From: Sulfuriferula thiophila
GTDB taxonomy: Bacteria > Pseudomonadota > Gammaproteobacteria > Burkholderiales > Sulfuriferulaceae
DNA: 32,000 nucleotides
Assembly: GCF_003864975.1 (NCBI RefSeq)
Contig: NZ_BHGL01000028.1
Location: 6,211 to 38,210 of the forward strand
Direction of reading: 5' to 3'
Program-made: the position numbers and the translations under genes
Notes under the pieces: model-generated
What the model was told of the DNA's origin: nothing
The model's input: the letters and a program-made list of their open reading frames with translations, nothing else
The model's database searches: none
Part shown: piece after piece, positions 1-9,876 of the stretch
Numbering within the stretch: position 1 is the first letter of the stretch
How the letters are laid out: every line of letters starts with the position of its first letter

Positions 1-908
1 CCATCCAGCGATTTCACATGCAAGGGTTGCGTTGCTACACTGCTGATTTGCATCACTGCCAGTGCATCCCAGCCGCCATCAGGGGCAGGTTGGGCATTCA
101 CTACCATACCCATGGCCTGACCTTCCATATCCGGGCTGTAAATCTCGTCGCCGGCAGCCATTGCCACCTCAGCGTGCACCAGATACATGCGCCGTTTCAA
201 TTTACCCAGATATTGGGTACGCGCAACAATTTCCTGCCCGGTGTAACAGCCCTTCTGGAAATTTACGCTATTGGTCAAATCGAAATTTACCATTTGCGGT
301 ACAAACTGTTCCTGTGTCGCAGCCACGATAGTTGGTACACCGGCACGTATTTCCAGCCATTGCCACTGATCCATGTCGATAGCAGTGGCTTGTTGTGCGA
401 TCTGCGCTAATACACCGTCTCTGTCTGCAGCCGGCACCGTAAGCTGGTAACGCTCGCTCGCCAGACGAATCACACTGACAGCACCCGCCTCGGCCGTTTT
501 CATATCCGCATCGATTTCACAGCCAGTCAGCGCTTTAACCACCGCGGCGGCGCCATGACCGGCGATACCCAGGCGCAGCCATTCCTCACGCGCATCACGT
601 GCTTTCACTTTGGACCGCAAAATATACATGGACAGTCGTTTTTGCAATGCGGGCTGCAACTCGGCTGCCAGTTGCAGATACGTACTCTCTCCCTGTTGCC
701 ACAACAGGAAGCTGCCAAGCAAACGCCCCTTGGGTGAACAGAATCCGCTGTATTGAGCCTGATGCTGGGCCAGTTGACGCGCATCATTTGTCAGCTGCCC
801 CTGCAAAAATGTCGTGGTATCGTCACCCTCAAAGGCAATTAAACCAGACTGGGAAAGATCAGCATAAACCGCCTGCGTCGCGAGTATTTCGGTTAAAGAG
901 TGTGCCAT
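1..908 (-). CDS. ygfZ: YgfZ/GcvT-family folate-binding (Fe-S cluster maintenance) protein, C-terminus off the window
   Basis: Reverse-strand translation from ATG at 908 (MAHSLTEILATQAVYADLSQSGLIAFEGDDTTTFLQGQLTND...) is open to the window edge and contains the YgfZ signature FQKGCYTGQEIVARTQYLGKLKRRMYLV. Confidence 0.93.
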   Translation of the reverse strand, partial: MAHSLTEILATQAVYADLSQSGLIAFEGDDTTTFLQGQLTNDARQLAQHQAQYSGFCSPKGRLLGSFLLWQQGESTYLQLAAELQPALQKRLSMYILRSKVKARDAREEWLRLGIAGHGAAAVVKALTGCEIDADMKTAEAGAVSVIRLASERYQLTVPAADRDGVLAQIAQQATAIDMDQWQWLEIRAGVPTIVAATQEQFVPQMVNFDLTNSVNFQKGCYTGQEIVARTQYLGKLKRRMYLVHAEVAMAAGDEIYSPDMEGQAMGMVVNAQPAPDGGWDALAVMQISSVATQPLHVKSLD

Positions 909-987
909 TTGGATTATTCACAGAATAGGATAGATAGGAAGTGGTTTTATTCTACCTAAAAATCACTTCATAAAAAATGCAGGCAAC

Positions 988-1016
988 AAAAAAGCCGACC
1001 ATCAGGTCGGCTTTTT
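988..1016. terminator. Bidirectional rho-independent terminator
   Basis: aaaaaagccgacc-atca-ggtcggcttttt: 7-bp GC-rich stem flanked by A-tract and T-tract, directly downstream of the Ala-rich lipoprotein gene. Confidence 0.85.
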
Positions 1017-1035
1017 CATAAACAAGAATAAATTC

Positions 1036-1305
1036 TTATTTAGCGGCAGCGTCAGCAGCAGCAGCTGGAGCAGCGGCTTCAGCAGCGGCTGGAGCAGCAG
1101 CAGCAGCAGCGTCAGCAGCAGCGGCTGGAGCAGCAGCAGCAGCAGCGGCTGGAGCAGCAGCAGCAGCGTCAGCAGCAGCAGCAGGAGCAGCGGCTTCAGC
1201 AGCAGCAGGAGCAGCGTCAGCAGCAGGAGCTGCAGCTTCATCTTTTTTACCACAAGCGGTCAGGGTTAAAGCCATCAGAGCAGCGATCAGCAAGGAACGG
1301 GTCAT
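1036..1305 (-). CDS. Small Ala/Pro/Asp/Glu-repeat lipoprotein (89 aa)
   Basis: Start at 1305 preferred over 1392: MTRSLLIAALMALTLTACGKKDE has a lipoprotein signal peptide with lipobox LTAC, with ggag RBS upstream (ttggagatttatataATG). Mature part is PAAAEAAA / PAAAADAAAAA repeats. Confidence 0.8.
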   Translation of the reverse strand: MTRSLLIAALMALTLTACGKKDEAAAPAADAAPAAAEAAAPAAAADAAAAAPAAAAAAAPAAAADAAAAAAPAAAEAAAPAAAADAAAK

Positions 1306-1542
1306 TATATAAATCTCCAAAATTTTAAAATTACAAAAAATCCAACTTGCACACGCTATGAACGGAAGCGCAAGCGTGGACAAACGAAACATCTTTTCGT
1401 TCGTAGGAAAATTATACGCAATATTTTTTATTTGTGTGCGCCTGTTATTAATTTTTTTCGCATATTAGCAACACCACAGCGTGATAAAATATGAAATTCA
1501 CCTTATTTAACACTTTGACACATCACCCTGAGGATATTTGCC

Positions 1543-2790
1543 ATGTTTAATCTCCAAGACACCATCGCCATTACCGATCCGGACTTATGGAAAGCAATGG
1601 AAGATGAGCGCGGTCGCCAGGAAGACCACATAGAGCTGATTGCTTCCGAAAATTACACCAGCCCGGCGGTAATGGAAGCACAAGGCTCCGTGTTGACCAA
1701 CAAATATGCCGAAGGCTACCCAGGCAAGCGTTACTACGGCGGCTGTGAGTTTGTCGACGTCGCAGAACAATTAGCTATTGATCGCGTTAAACAGTTATTT
1801 GGTGCCGAATACGCCAACGTGCAGCCGCATTCCGGTTCACAAGCCAACGCGGCGGTTTACTTATCTGTGCTCAAACCCGGTGACACTATACTTGGCATGT
1901 CACTGGCTCATGGCGGTCACTTGACCCACGGCGCTTCAGTGAACTTCTCCGGCAAGTTATTTAATGCAGTGACCTATGGCCTGCATCCTGAAACCGAAGA
2001 GATTGACTATGCCGAAGTCGAGCGCCTGGCGCTGGAGCACAAGCCTAAAATGATCGTTGCCGGTGCATCTGCCTATTCCCTGGTTATCGACTGGCAACGT
2101 TTTCGCAAAATTGCAGACAGCGTAGGGGCTTACCTGTTCGTCGACATGGCGCATTATGCCGGTCTGGTCGCGGCAGGTATCTATCCTAACCCGGTCGGTA
2201 TTGCTGATTTCGTCACCTCCACGACCCACAAGACATTACGCGGCCCACGTGGCGGCCTGATTATGGCTCGCGCCGAGTTTGAAAAGCAGCTGAACTCCAG
2301 CATTTTCCCGGGCACCCAGGGCGGCCCGTTGATGCACGTTATCGCGGCCAAAGCGATTGCCTTCAAGGAGGCCATGAGCGACGACTTCAAAACCTACCAG
2401 ACACAAGTGATTGCCAATGCCCGCATCATGGCAACCACACTACAAGCCCGTGGCTTGCGTATTGTGTCCGGCCGCACTGATTCACATTTATTCCTGCTGG
2501 ACCTGTGTGCTAAAAACATTACCGGAAAAGATGCTGAAGCAGCACTGGGACGCGCGCACATTACCGTTAACAAAAATGCGATTCCTAATGACCCGCAAAA
2601 GCCTTTTGTCACTTCAGGCATCCGTATCGGCACCCCGGCCATGACCACCCGCGGCTTTGGCGCTAAAGAAGCTGAGCAGCTTGCCCACCTGATTGCAGAC
2701 GTATTGGACGCACCAGCAGACGATGCCGTCATTGCCCGCGTAGCCACAGCCGCACAGGCTTTGTGCAAGCAATACCCTGTCTACGGCTAA
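1543..2790 (+). CDS. glyA: Serine hydroxymethyltransferase
   Basis: [67 protein letters not shown]; PLP-lysine motif [14 protein letters not shown]. Confidence 0.98.
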   Translation: MFNLQDTIAITDPDLWKAMEDERGRQEDHIELIASENYTSPAVMEAQGSVLTNKYAEGYPGKRYYGGCEFVDVAEQLAIDRVKQLFGAEYANVQPHSGSQANAAVYLSVLKPGDTILGMSLAHGGHLTHGASVNFSGKLFNAVTYGLHPETEEIDYAEVERLALEHKPKMIVAGASAYSLVIDWQRFRKIADSVGAYLFVDMAHYAGLVAAGIYPNPVGIADFVTSTTHKTLRGPRGGLIMARAEFEKQLNSSIFPGTQGGPLMHVIAAKAIAFKEAMSDDFKTYQTQVIANARIMATTLQARGLRIVSGRTDSHLFLLDLCAKNITGKDAEAALGRAHITVNKNAIPNDPQKPFVTSGIRIGTPAMTTRGFGAKEAEQLAHLIADVLDAPADDAVIARVATAAQALCKQYPVYG

Positions 2791-2796
2791 ACGCAG

Positions 2797-3246
2797 ATGA
2801 AATGTCCATTCTGCGGTTCTTTCGACACACACGTTGCGGATTCGCGGGTGTCGGAAGCCGGCGACTCGGTACGACGCCGGCGGCGTTGCGGTGCCTGTGA
2901 TAAACGTTTCACCACCTACGAAACAGTGGAGTTACGCTTGCCACAAGTCGTTAAAACCAACGGTAGCCGCGAGGAGTTCTCGCCCGCCAAGCTGCGCGAA
3001 GGGTTTCGCCGCGCGCTGCATAAGCGGCCAGTCCCTACCGAATATGTCGACCAGGAAATTGAATTGATCGTTAAACACGTGCTGTCACTGGGCGAACGTG
3101 AAATACCGGCACGCCAGATCGGAGAAATGGTCATGCAGGCGCTGAAACGACTCGATAAGATTGCCTACATCCGTTTTGCCTCCGTATATAAGAGCTTTCA
3201 GGATGTCGATGATTTCCGCGACGTATTAAAAGATCTGGACAAGTAG
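2797..3246 (+). CDS. nrdR: Transcriptional repressor NrdR (Zn-ribbon/ATP-cone)
   Basis: [45 protein letters not shown], typical length 149 aa. Confidence 0.97.
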   Translation: MKCPFCGSFDTHVADSRVSEAGDSVRRRRRCGACDKRFTTYETVELRLPQVVKTNGSREEFSPAKLREGFRRALHKRPVPTEYVDQEIELIVKHVLSLGEREIPARQIGEMVMQALKRLDKIAYIRFASVYKSFQDVDDFRDVLKDLDK

Positions 3247-3248
3247 GC

Positions 3249-4358
3249 ATGTGGACAGCCGATGATTACTCCTACATGGCGCAGGCGTTACGCCTGGCTG
3301 AACGCGGTTTGTATACCACTTCTCCCAATCCGCGGGTAGGTTGCGTCATCGTCAAGGATCATGTCATCGTTGGTGAAGGCTGGCATCAGCGGGCAGGTGA
3401 GCCTCATGCCGAAGTGCTGGCATTACGTCAGGCCGGCACATCCGCCCGTGGCGCTACGGCTTATGTCACATTGGAGCCATGCAGCCACTTTGGCCGCACC
3501 CCGCCGTGCGCCGATGCGCTGGTAGCTGCAGGCGTTGCCCGGGTGGTTGCCGCCATGCAGGACCCCAATCCGCAAGTTGCGGGCAGCGGACTGGCCCGCC
3601 TTGCTGCAGCAGGCATAACCACCAGCAGCGGCTTACTGGCAGCACAAGCGCAACAACTTAATATCGGCTTCATCCAGCGCATGACCCGCGCACGCCCCTG
3701 GCTGCGCATCAAAACCGCCTCATCACTGGATGGTAAAACCGCGCTCGCCAACGGCGACAGCAAATGGATTACTGCTGCCGCCGCGCGCCTCGATGTGCAT
3801 CGTCTGCGTGCACGCTCCTGCGCTATTCTGACCGGGATCGGCACTGTATTGGCAGACAACCCGCAGCTCAACGTACGCGACATCGAGACGACGCGCCAAC
3901 CCCTGCGAATTATCGTCGACTCGCACTTGCGTACGCCGACAGATGCCAGAATACTGCAGGACAAAGGCGCAATAATTGCTTATACTCAAGCCGACGCTTC
4001 TGCGCGGGAGGGCCTGATCCAAGCAGGTGCAGAGCTGATACAAGTGGATGATTTACAGGGCAAGGTTGATTTATCGGCACTGATGGCTATATTGGCACAG
4101 CGTGGCATTAACGAGATCATGACCGAGGCAGGCGCGCATTTGAATGCTGGCTTGATCATGGCGGGTCTGGTCGACGAGTGGGTGATGTACCTCGCCCCGA
4201 CTTTACTCGGCGATACGGCGCGCGGCTTATTCACGCTACCCGAACCCGCCGGGATGAGCAGTCGTCGCGAATTAAGCATTCACGATGTACGCCAGATCGG
4301 CTTGGATTTACGCATTACGGCACACTTTGAACACACGACACAACAATCAATCCACTAG
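3249..4358 (+). CDS. ribD: Bifunctional diaminohydroxyphosphoribosylaminopyrimidine deaminase / 5-amino-6-(5-phosphoribosylamino)uracil reductase
   Basis: SPNPRVGCVIVKD..GEGWHQRAGEPHAEVLAL and VTLEPCSHFGRTPPC zinc/deaminase motifs; C-terminal reductase domain. Confidence 0.97.
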   Translation: MWTADDYSYMAQALRLAERGLYTTSPNPRVGCVIVKDHVIVGEGWHQRAGEPHAEVLALRQAGTSARGATAYVTLEPCSHFGRTPPCADALVAAGVARVVAAMQDPNPQVAGSGLARLAAAGITTSSGLLAAQAQQLNIGFIQRMTRARPWLRIKTASSLDGKTALANGDSKWITAAAARLDVHRLRARSCAILTGIGTVLADNPQLNVRDIETTRQPLRIIVDSHLRTPTDARILQDKGAIIAYTQADASAREGLIQAGAELIQVDDLQGKVDLSALMAILAQRGINEIMTEAGAHLNAGLIMAGLVDEWVMYLAPTLLGDTARGLFTLPEPAGMSSRRELSIHDVRQIGLDLRITAHFEHTTQQSIH

Positions 4359-4366
4359 GGGAAATC

Positions 4367-5368
4367 ATGCTTTGGTTAGAATTATTCGGCTTTTTAATTG
4401 TTATTCTGGTCGCAGCGGAAGTATTCGTTAACGCGCTGGAACATCTGGGCGAAAAGCTCAAAATTTCAGAAGGCGTAACAGGCTCATTATTCGCGGCTGT
4501 TGGCACTGCGCTACCGGAAACCATGGTGCCGTTACTGGCGATTTTTGCCGGTACTACGGATGCCGCTGTTAACCAGGAAATCGGCGTCGGTGCGATCCTG
4601 GGAGCCCCATTGATGTTGTCCACGCTGTCACTGTCACTACTGAGCTTTGCTGTGCTGAAAAAACGCGGTGTACAAGGCCATTACAACCCCGAGCGCACCG
4701 GCCTGACCCGTGACATGAATTTCTTTCTGGTTGCCTTCGGCCTGGCCTGCACTGCCATGTTCATACCGCACGACAATACCACCATGCGTGCCGTTTTTTC
4801 TTTTGGCATGGTGTTCATTTACTTCATCTATGTGCTGATGACCATACGCGCCTCTGCCAACCTAGTGAATGATGGCCACGCCACCGAGGCTGAAGGCGCG
4901 ATGTTCCTGAATAAAGTAGGCATCCCTACCAACATGGCCACCATAATTCTGCAGCTTGTGTTAGGTCTAGGGTTATTGGTGGCCGGCGCAGAGGGTTTCA
5001 TCCATGGCATCCAGCAGGCAGCGCCGATACTCGGCATTTCCGCACTGCTGTTATCACTGATGATCGTCCCGATCGCCACCGAACTACCGGAAAAAGTGAA
5101 CAGCATACTGTGGATACGCCGCCATAAGGACACGCTGGCATTTGGCAACATCACTGGCGCCATGGTATTTCAGGGCACGCTGCTGCCAGCAATCGGTATC
5201 AGCCTGACCCCGTGGACACCGCAGCCAGCGGTGTTCATGGGGATCGTCGTCACGCTCATTGCCGCTGCCTGGTTACGCCTGATGCTCGCACGTGGGCAAT
5301 TACGTGTGTGGCATTTATGGGTAAATGGCGCGTTATATGTCGCATATCTGGCAGCCATGCTGTTATAA
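4367..5368 (+). CDS. Sodium/calcium exchanger (CaCA) family membrane protein
   Basis: Multiple hydrophobic segments; duplicated acidic motifs GSLFAAVGTALPETMVPLLAIFAG and LSLMIVPIATELPEKVNSILWIRR typical of CaCA alpha repeats. Confidence 0.8.
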   Translation: MLWLELFGFLIVILVAAEVFVNALEHLGEKLKISEGVTGSLFAAVGTALPETMVPLLAIFAGTTDAAVNQEIGVGAILGAPLMLSTLSLSLLSFAVLKKRGVQGHYNPERTGLTRDMNFFLVAFGLACTAMFIPHDNTTMRAVFSFGMVFIYFIYVLMTIRASANLVNDGHATEAEGAMFLNKVGIPTNMATIILQLVLGLGLLVAGAEGFIHGIQQAAPILGISALLLSLMIVPIATELPEKVNSILWIRRHKDTLAFGNITGAMVFQGTLLPAIGISLTPWTPQPAVFMGIVVTLIAAAWLRLMLARGQLRVWHLWVNGALYVAYLAAMLL

Positions 5369-5375
5369 AAACCTA

Positions 5376-5406
5376 AGGATGCCAAGCGTACTTCGCTTGG
5401 CATCCT
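5376..5406 (-). terminator. Rho-independent terminator, mainly for the pilSR strand
   Basis: aggatgccaagcg-tactt-cgcttggcatcct perfect stem; minus-strand reading is followed by taggtttttat. Lies between convergent genes. Confidence 0.75.
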
Positions 5407-5420
5407 GACTCAGCAAATCC

Positions 5421-6746
5421 CTAATCCATCCCCAGACGTTCCAAACGATAACGCAACGCACGAAAAGTAACACCCAGCAATTTGGCGGCTGCCGTTTTGT
5501 TGTAACGCGTTTTCTCCAATGCGGCCTGTATCGCCTCCCGCTCCAGCCTGTCCAGATAATCCTGTAGCGGCCATTGCATGCCCGGCTGGGCAATCTCACC
5601 TGCGTTTTCCTCTACCGCAGGCGTCAGGTGCAGGTCATCCACGTCGATTTGTACGCTGCTTGCCAAGGCTAATGCGCGCTCCAGAATATTCTCCAACTCA
5701 CGCACATTACCGGGGAAATCATATTGCGACAACGCCGTCGCAGCAGCCTTGGTCAGACTAGGGGAACCCATGCCGGCCTCACTCGCCAATCTTGCCAGCA
5801 ACGTTTGTGCAATCAACGGAATATCTTCACGCATCTCCCGCAATGCAGGCATTTTCAGGGTAATGACATTCAACCGATAAAACAGATCCTGGCGAAAACG
5901 CCCTTCCTCGACACATCGCGCCAAATGCTGATGGGTTGCGCTGATGATGCGCACATCAACGGGTTCTTCAACATTACTGCCCAGACGGCGCACTTTCTTT
6001 TCCTGTATCACCCGCAACAGCTTCACCTGCATGGCCAACGGCAGGTCAGCCACTTCATCCAGAAACAGCATGCCACCATTCGCAGCCTGAAAAAAACCAT
6101 CACGCTCATTATCTGCGCCGGTAAAAGCGCCTTTTTTATAACCAAAAAATTCCGATTCCATCAGGTTCTCGGGAATAGCGCCACAGTTAACCGGCACAAA
6201 AGCCATCGCCGCACGATTACTCTGCTGATGTATCAGCCGTGCCGCCAGCTCTTTGCCGCTACCCGATTCACCAGTGATATAGACCGGTGCCTGGGTACGG
6301 GAAAGTTTGGCAATCAATTCGCGTGCCTGCTGCATTGCGGCCGAATCACCCACCAAATTACGCCCGCCGGAATTTACCCGCTCAGGTAATTTCAATGCAG
6401 ACTTAACCAAAGCCCGCAATTGCTCCAGAGTCACCGGTTTATTAATATAATCAAACGCTCCCGCCTTGAGCGCGGTCACTGCATTATCGGTATTGCCATG
6501 AGCCGTAATTACCGCAACAGGGATAGTCGGTCGCTCTGCCTGTATGTAACGTACTATTTCCAGCCCATCGCCGTCCGGCAAACGCATATCGGTCAGGCAC
6601 AGATTAAATTCGCTCTGTTTCAAGCTCGCTATGGCGTCGGCCACACACGTCGCCTTCACCACATCCAGTCCCATACGCAACAGCGTGATCTCCAGCAATT
6701 CCAGAATATCCGCTTCGTCATCAACAATAAGTACGGTTGGGATCAT
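5421..6746 (-). CDS. pilR: Sigma-54-dependent response regulator PilR (type IV pilus)
   Basis: Likely start MIPTVLIVDDEADILELLEITLLRMG (upstream in-frame starts to 6785 exist); AAA+ motifs GESGSGKE and ESEFFGYKKGAFTGA; C-terminal Fis-type HTH (NKTAAAKLLGVTFRALRYRLERLG). Confidence 0.92.
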   Translation of the reverse strand: MIPTVLIVDDEADILELLEITLLRMGLDVVKATCVADAIASLKQSEFNLCLTDMRLPDGDGLEIVRYIQAERPTIPVAVITAHGNTDNAVTALKAGAFDYINKPVTLEQLRALVKSALKLPERVNSGGRNLVGDSAAMQQARELIAKLSRTQAPVYITGESGSGKELAARLIHQQSNRAAMAFVPVNCGAIPENLMESEFFGYKKGAFTGADNERDGFFQAANGGMLFLDEVADLPLAMQVKLLRVIQEKKVRRLGSNVEEPVDVRIISATHQHLARCVEEGRFRQDLFYRLNVITLKMPALREMREDIPLIAQTLLARLASEAGMGSPSLTKAAATALSQYDFPGNVRELENILERALALASSVQIDVDDLHLTPAVEENAGEIAQPGMQWPLQDYLDRLEREAIQAALEKTRYNKTAAAKLLGVTFRALRYRLERLGMD

Positions 6747-6763
6747 TTCGCTAGCCTGACGCT

Positions 6764-8383
6764 TCAACATCCACCCTCCTGGCAAGTAATTCTGAAATGC
6801 CCGCCTTTACCCGTAGACACACAATCCAGATAGGCCGCATTGGCATGACACAATTCTTTTGAAATATACAAACCTAACCCGGTACCACTCGACTCTGTGG
6901 TAAAAAATGGCTCAAACAATCGCGCCATATCTTTTTCGGCAACACCGGCCCCATCATCCATAATATGAATTTCCATCATGGCATTATCATGCTGAATTGC
7001 AACTTTCACGCTCCCCACCCGCTGCTGGCTATGCCGTAATGCATTCAAGCATAAATTCGTCATGACCTGATGCAAATGCCCGCGGTCGAAACAAATAAAG
7101 GCATCCGCGAATAAATCCAGACGAAACACGGCCCGATCCAGCGTCTGCGCATAACAGAACTCATCAATAAACTCTGATAAAAAAACATCCAGAACGATAC
7201 GCTCAGTCACGGTGCGATCACGCCGGTTCAAGGACATAACGTCCGTTACCAGACGGTTAATACGTTGCGTATTCTGCGCAATAATTTCCAGCAAACGCTG
7301 ATGACCGCGATCTCCGTCGTTATCTTCCTGCAATATCTCAGCAGCATGGCTGATTGCAGCCAGCGGATTGCGAATTTCATGGGCAATATTGGCTGTTAAG
7401 CGCCCTAATGCTGCCAACTTAATTTGTTGCGCCTGCTCATTAATACGCGTCATGTCTTCCAGCACCAGCACCGCCCCCATGACACGTTTATCGGTAACCG
7501 CAATAAAACGCGGCAAAAATTGCTCACCGTGCAAACCTAAGGAAATCGGTGGAAATTCAGCCTGTGGGTTCTTGCGCCACAAATCAAGATAATCAGAGAG
7601 TAACGGCACAGCACGCTGCAATTTGGTGCCGGCACCGGCATAAGCCAAACCAACACGACTCAGCAAACGCTTCGCCTGCTGATTTGCCTGGCGAATTTTG
7701 CCATCCCCATCCAGCACAACTACACCATCCTGCATATCATCAATCACCAGCTGATTGATCTGCGCCATATTTTCCAGATCTACGGCGCGTGCAGCAGCTA
7801 AAGCCTCGCTGAGACGATTGCGCTTGGCGAGAATATGCGCAACACCGGCTGTAGCAAAAAAGACTATTCCCAACAACCCGGCCTGGCCATAATCACTGAC
7901 AGCATGGTGATGATCCAGTACCCCCAGCGTCTGCACGATCAGCACCCCGGAAGCCGCCAGAGCAGCATGGAACATCACCATACGCCCCTGCGCCACCAGA
8001 CCACTGGAGGCCAGCGATACAATCAGCAGCAAGCCCAAGCCACTGCTTACCCCGCCGCTGGCTGCCATCATCAGCACGACAATGACAATATCGCCTATCA
8101 CCTGCACACCGAGTTGCACTTCAAATCGCGGTTGGCGCAAGCTGATAGTAACCACCGCAACCGCTGCAAAGCCCATATAAATAAGGCTATACAGATAGAA
8201 AATGACGGGGCTTTCCTGTCCGAATATCTGCTGTTCGGGTATAGACAGGCTCAGCAGCAGAAACAGGCTGGCAACAACCAGCCGATACAAATTCAGATAA
8301 TGCAGTGATTTCCAGCTACGCTCTGCACGGCCGCTCGCCAGTCGCGCTGCAGCCTTTACCCCCGCATCCGTCGCTATTGCCAC
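6764..8383 (-). CDS. pilS: Sensor histidine kinase PilS
   Basis: N-terminal multi-TM region, PAS-like segment, H-box LTANIAHEIRNPLAAISHAAEIL, ATP-binding NLCLNALRHS and GTGLGLYISKELC; adjacent to pilR. Confidence 0.92.
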   Translation of the reverse strand: MAIATDAGVKAAARLASGRAERSWKSLHYLNLYRLVVASLFLLLSLSIPEQQIFGQESPVIFYLYSLIYMGFAAVAVVTISLRQPRFEVQLGVQVIGDIVIVVLMMAASGGVSSGLGLLLIVSLASSGLVAQGRMVMFHAALAASGVLIVQTLGVLDHHHAVSDYGQAGLLGIVFFATAGVAHILAKRNRLSEALAAARAVDLENMAQINQLVIDDMQDGVVVLDGDGKIRQANQQAKRLLSRVGLAYAGAGTKLQRAVPLLSDYLDLWRKNPQAEFPPISLGLHGEQFLPRFIAVTDKRVMGAVLVLEDMTRINEQAQQIKLAALGRLTANIAHEIRNPLAAISHAAEILQEDNDGDRGHQRLLEIIAQNTQRINRLVTDVMSLNRRDRTVTERIVLDVFLSEFIDEFCYAQTLDRAVFRLDLFADAFICFDRGHLHQVMTNLCLNALRHSQQRVGSVKVAIQHDNAMMEIHIMDDGAGVAEKDMARLFEPFFTTESSGTGLGLYISKELCHANAAYLDCVSTGKGGHFRITCQEGGC

Positions 8384-8385
8384 TA

Positions 8386-8601
8386 TCAGCCCCGATGCTC
8401 GCTTTGGTGTGCGTTGCTACAGAACCATGCCGCCTCGGAGCCAATAGCCTCACTGCGCGGCAAATGCACGCCACAGTGTGCACAACGCACCATATCTTCA
8501 GCGGATTTAGGCTTGGCGGAGGAAGGCGACGATGGCCGCTTAGAGCGCAACCACAAGTAAACGCCGCCGCCAATTAACAGAAAAAACAGGATTTTAGACA
8601 T
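8386..8601 (-). CDS. PP0621-family small protein (TM plus Cys-pair zinc-ribbon-like)
   Basis: MSKILFFLLIGGGVYLWLRSKRP...MVRCAHCGVHLPRSEAIGSEAAWFCSNAHQSEH, commonly upstream of pilS. Confidence 0.8.
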   Translation of the reverse strand: MSKILFFLLIGGGVYLWLRSKRPSSPSSAKPKSAEDMVRCAHCGVHLPRSEAIGSEAAWFCSNAHQSEHRG

Positions 8602-8713
8602 GAGAAATCAGCGCCAAAATGAACAAGTATGCGCTAATTATAGCCTGAAAGCAGGACTGGAATCGTGAGCAAAGCACGACTGGCTATAGTCCGGGACTGG
8701 CGACAAACTGCAC

Positions 8714-9706
8714 CTAGTAACTTCTTGATACCGCAAATTCCGCCAGGGCAATCAGACTTAGTTTGTATTGAGATTCAGGTAGAACAGCAATCGCAGCAAT
8801 TGCCAAATCAACTTCACGCTGCGCCTGCGAACGTGTGTAATCAAGCGCACCACTAACCTGAATGGCCGCCAGGATAGGCTCGAACACTTCCAGACCGCCA
8901 TTTTCAATCGCGTGACGCACCATCTTTGCCTGCTCCGCCGTACCATGCTTGAGCAAATACAACAAAGGCAGGGTGGGCTTGCCTTCAGCCAGATCATCGC
9001 CGACATTCTTGCCAATCTCGGTATGATCACCCGAATAATCGAGCACGTCATCGATCAATTGAAAGGCTGTGCCCAAGTGCATGCCGTAATGCGCCATAGC
9101 CTCCTCGGTAGCCGCATCCGCCCCACCCAGTATCGCACCTAAACGTACTGCAGCCTCAAACAGCTTGGCAGTCTTATAACGTATTACCTGCAAATAATCG
9201 TCTTCGCTGATATCGGCATCATTACAGTTCATCAACTGCAACACCTCACCCTCAGCAATAATATTGGTCGCATCGGACAACACGTCCATGACGCGCATTT
9301 GTCCCACCCCGACCATCATCTGGAATGCACGGGAATACAAAAAATCCCCCACCAGAACACTAGCGGCATTGCCAAACAACGCATTGGCGGTTTCACGCCC
9401 ACGCCGCAGACTGGATTCATCAACCACATCGTCATGCAATAAAGTAGCGGTATGAATAAACTCCACAACGGCAGCCAGTTCATAGTGATGTATGCCCTGG
9501 TAATCCAGTGCACCCGCAGATAACAACACCAGAGCCGGACGTAAGCGCTTGCCACCACTGGCGATGATATACTCCGAAACTTGGCTCACCAAAGCCACTT
9601 CCGAATGAAGCCGCGCACGGATTACTTCATCAACCCGCTGCATATCTGCCGCCAAAAACGCTTGAATTGCCTGCATTATCACTAACCGCTTGTCAAAATT
9701 GCTCAA
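8714..9706 (-). CDS. ispB: Octaprenyl diphosphate synthase (polyprenyl synthetase)
   Basis: GGKRLRPALVLLSAG, first Asp-rich motif LLHDDVVDESSLRRG, second FQLIDDVLDYSGD. Confidence 0.95.
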   Translation of the reverse strand: MSNFDKRLVIMQAIQAFLAADMQRVDEVIRARLHSEVALVSQVSEYIIASGGKRLRPALVLLSAGALDYQGIHHYELAAVVEFIHTATLLHDDVVDESSLRRGRETANALFGNAASVLVGDFLYSRAFQMMVGVGQMRVMDVLSDATNIIAEGEVLQLMNCNDADISEDDYLQVIRYKTAKLFEAAVRLGAILGGADAATEEAMAHYGMHLGTAFQLIDDVLDYSGDHTEIGKNVGDDLAEGKPTLPLLYLLKHGTAEQAKMVRHAIENGGLEVFEPILAAIQVSGALDYTRSQAQREVDLAIAAIAVLPESQYKLSLIALAEFAVSRSY

Positions 9707-9744
9707 TAGTAGGTAGGCAGGATACTTTAGTCAAGGGCATACAA

Positions 9745-9797
9745 GAAAGCACTGATTTAATCAAACATGGATTGCATTTGATTAAATCAGTGCTTTC
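9745..9797. repeat. Perfect 21-bp inverted repeat with 11-nt spacer
   Basis: gaaagcactgatttaatcaaa (9745-9765) / tttgattaaatcagtgctttc (9777-9797). Confidence 0.95.
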
Positions 9798-9809
9798 CTA
9801 AACTAAGGT

Positions 9810-9838
9810 TTGACGTTTGCTATTGATTTCTTTATAAT
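9810..9838 (+). promoter_or_regulatory. Sigma-70-type promoter for rplU-rpmA
   Basis: TTGACG (9810-9815), 17-nt spacer, TATAAT (9833-9838). Confidence 0.8.
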
Positions 9839-9876
9839 TCCGCGCTTCCCTCTAGTTTAGAAGTTTGGAGCTCACC

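Noticed and set aside
18-410. Plus-strand 130-aa and 89-aa ORFs at the window start
   Set aside because: Opposite the YgfZ reading frame, whose KGCYTGQE signature is on the minus strand here.
1002-1253. Poly-Leu ORF (MVKKMKLQLLLLTLLLLLLKPLLL...) on the minus strand
   Set aside because: It is the +1 reading of the GCN repeat in the Ala-rich lipoprotein gene; starts at an internal GTG and runs through the terminator.
3461-3964. 167-aa minus-strand ORF opposite ribD
   Set aside because: Overlaps the conserved deaminase-encoding region; low-complexity shadow translation.
5724-6389. 221-aa plus-strand ORF opposite pilR
   Set aside because: Antisense to conserved PilR AAA+ domain; composition-driven open frame.
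8640-8713. Possible small RNA/tRNA in the gap between the PP0621-like gene and ispB
   Set aside because: No cloverleaf or anticodon arm, and no T-loop GTTCNANNC motif found; short ordinary spacer.
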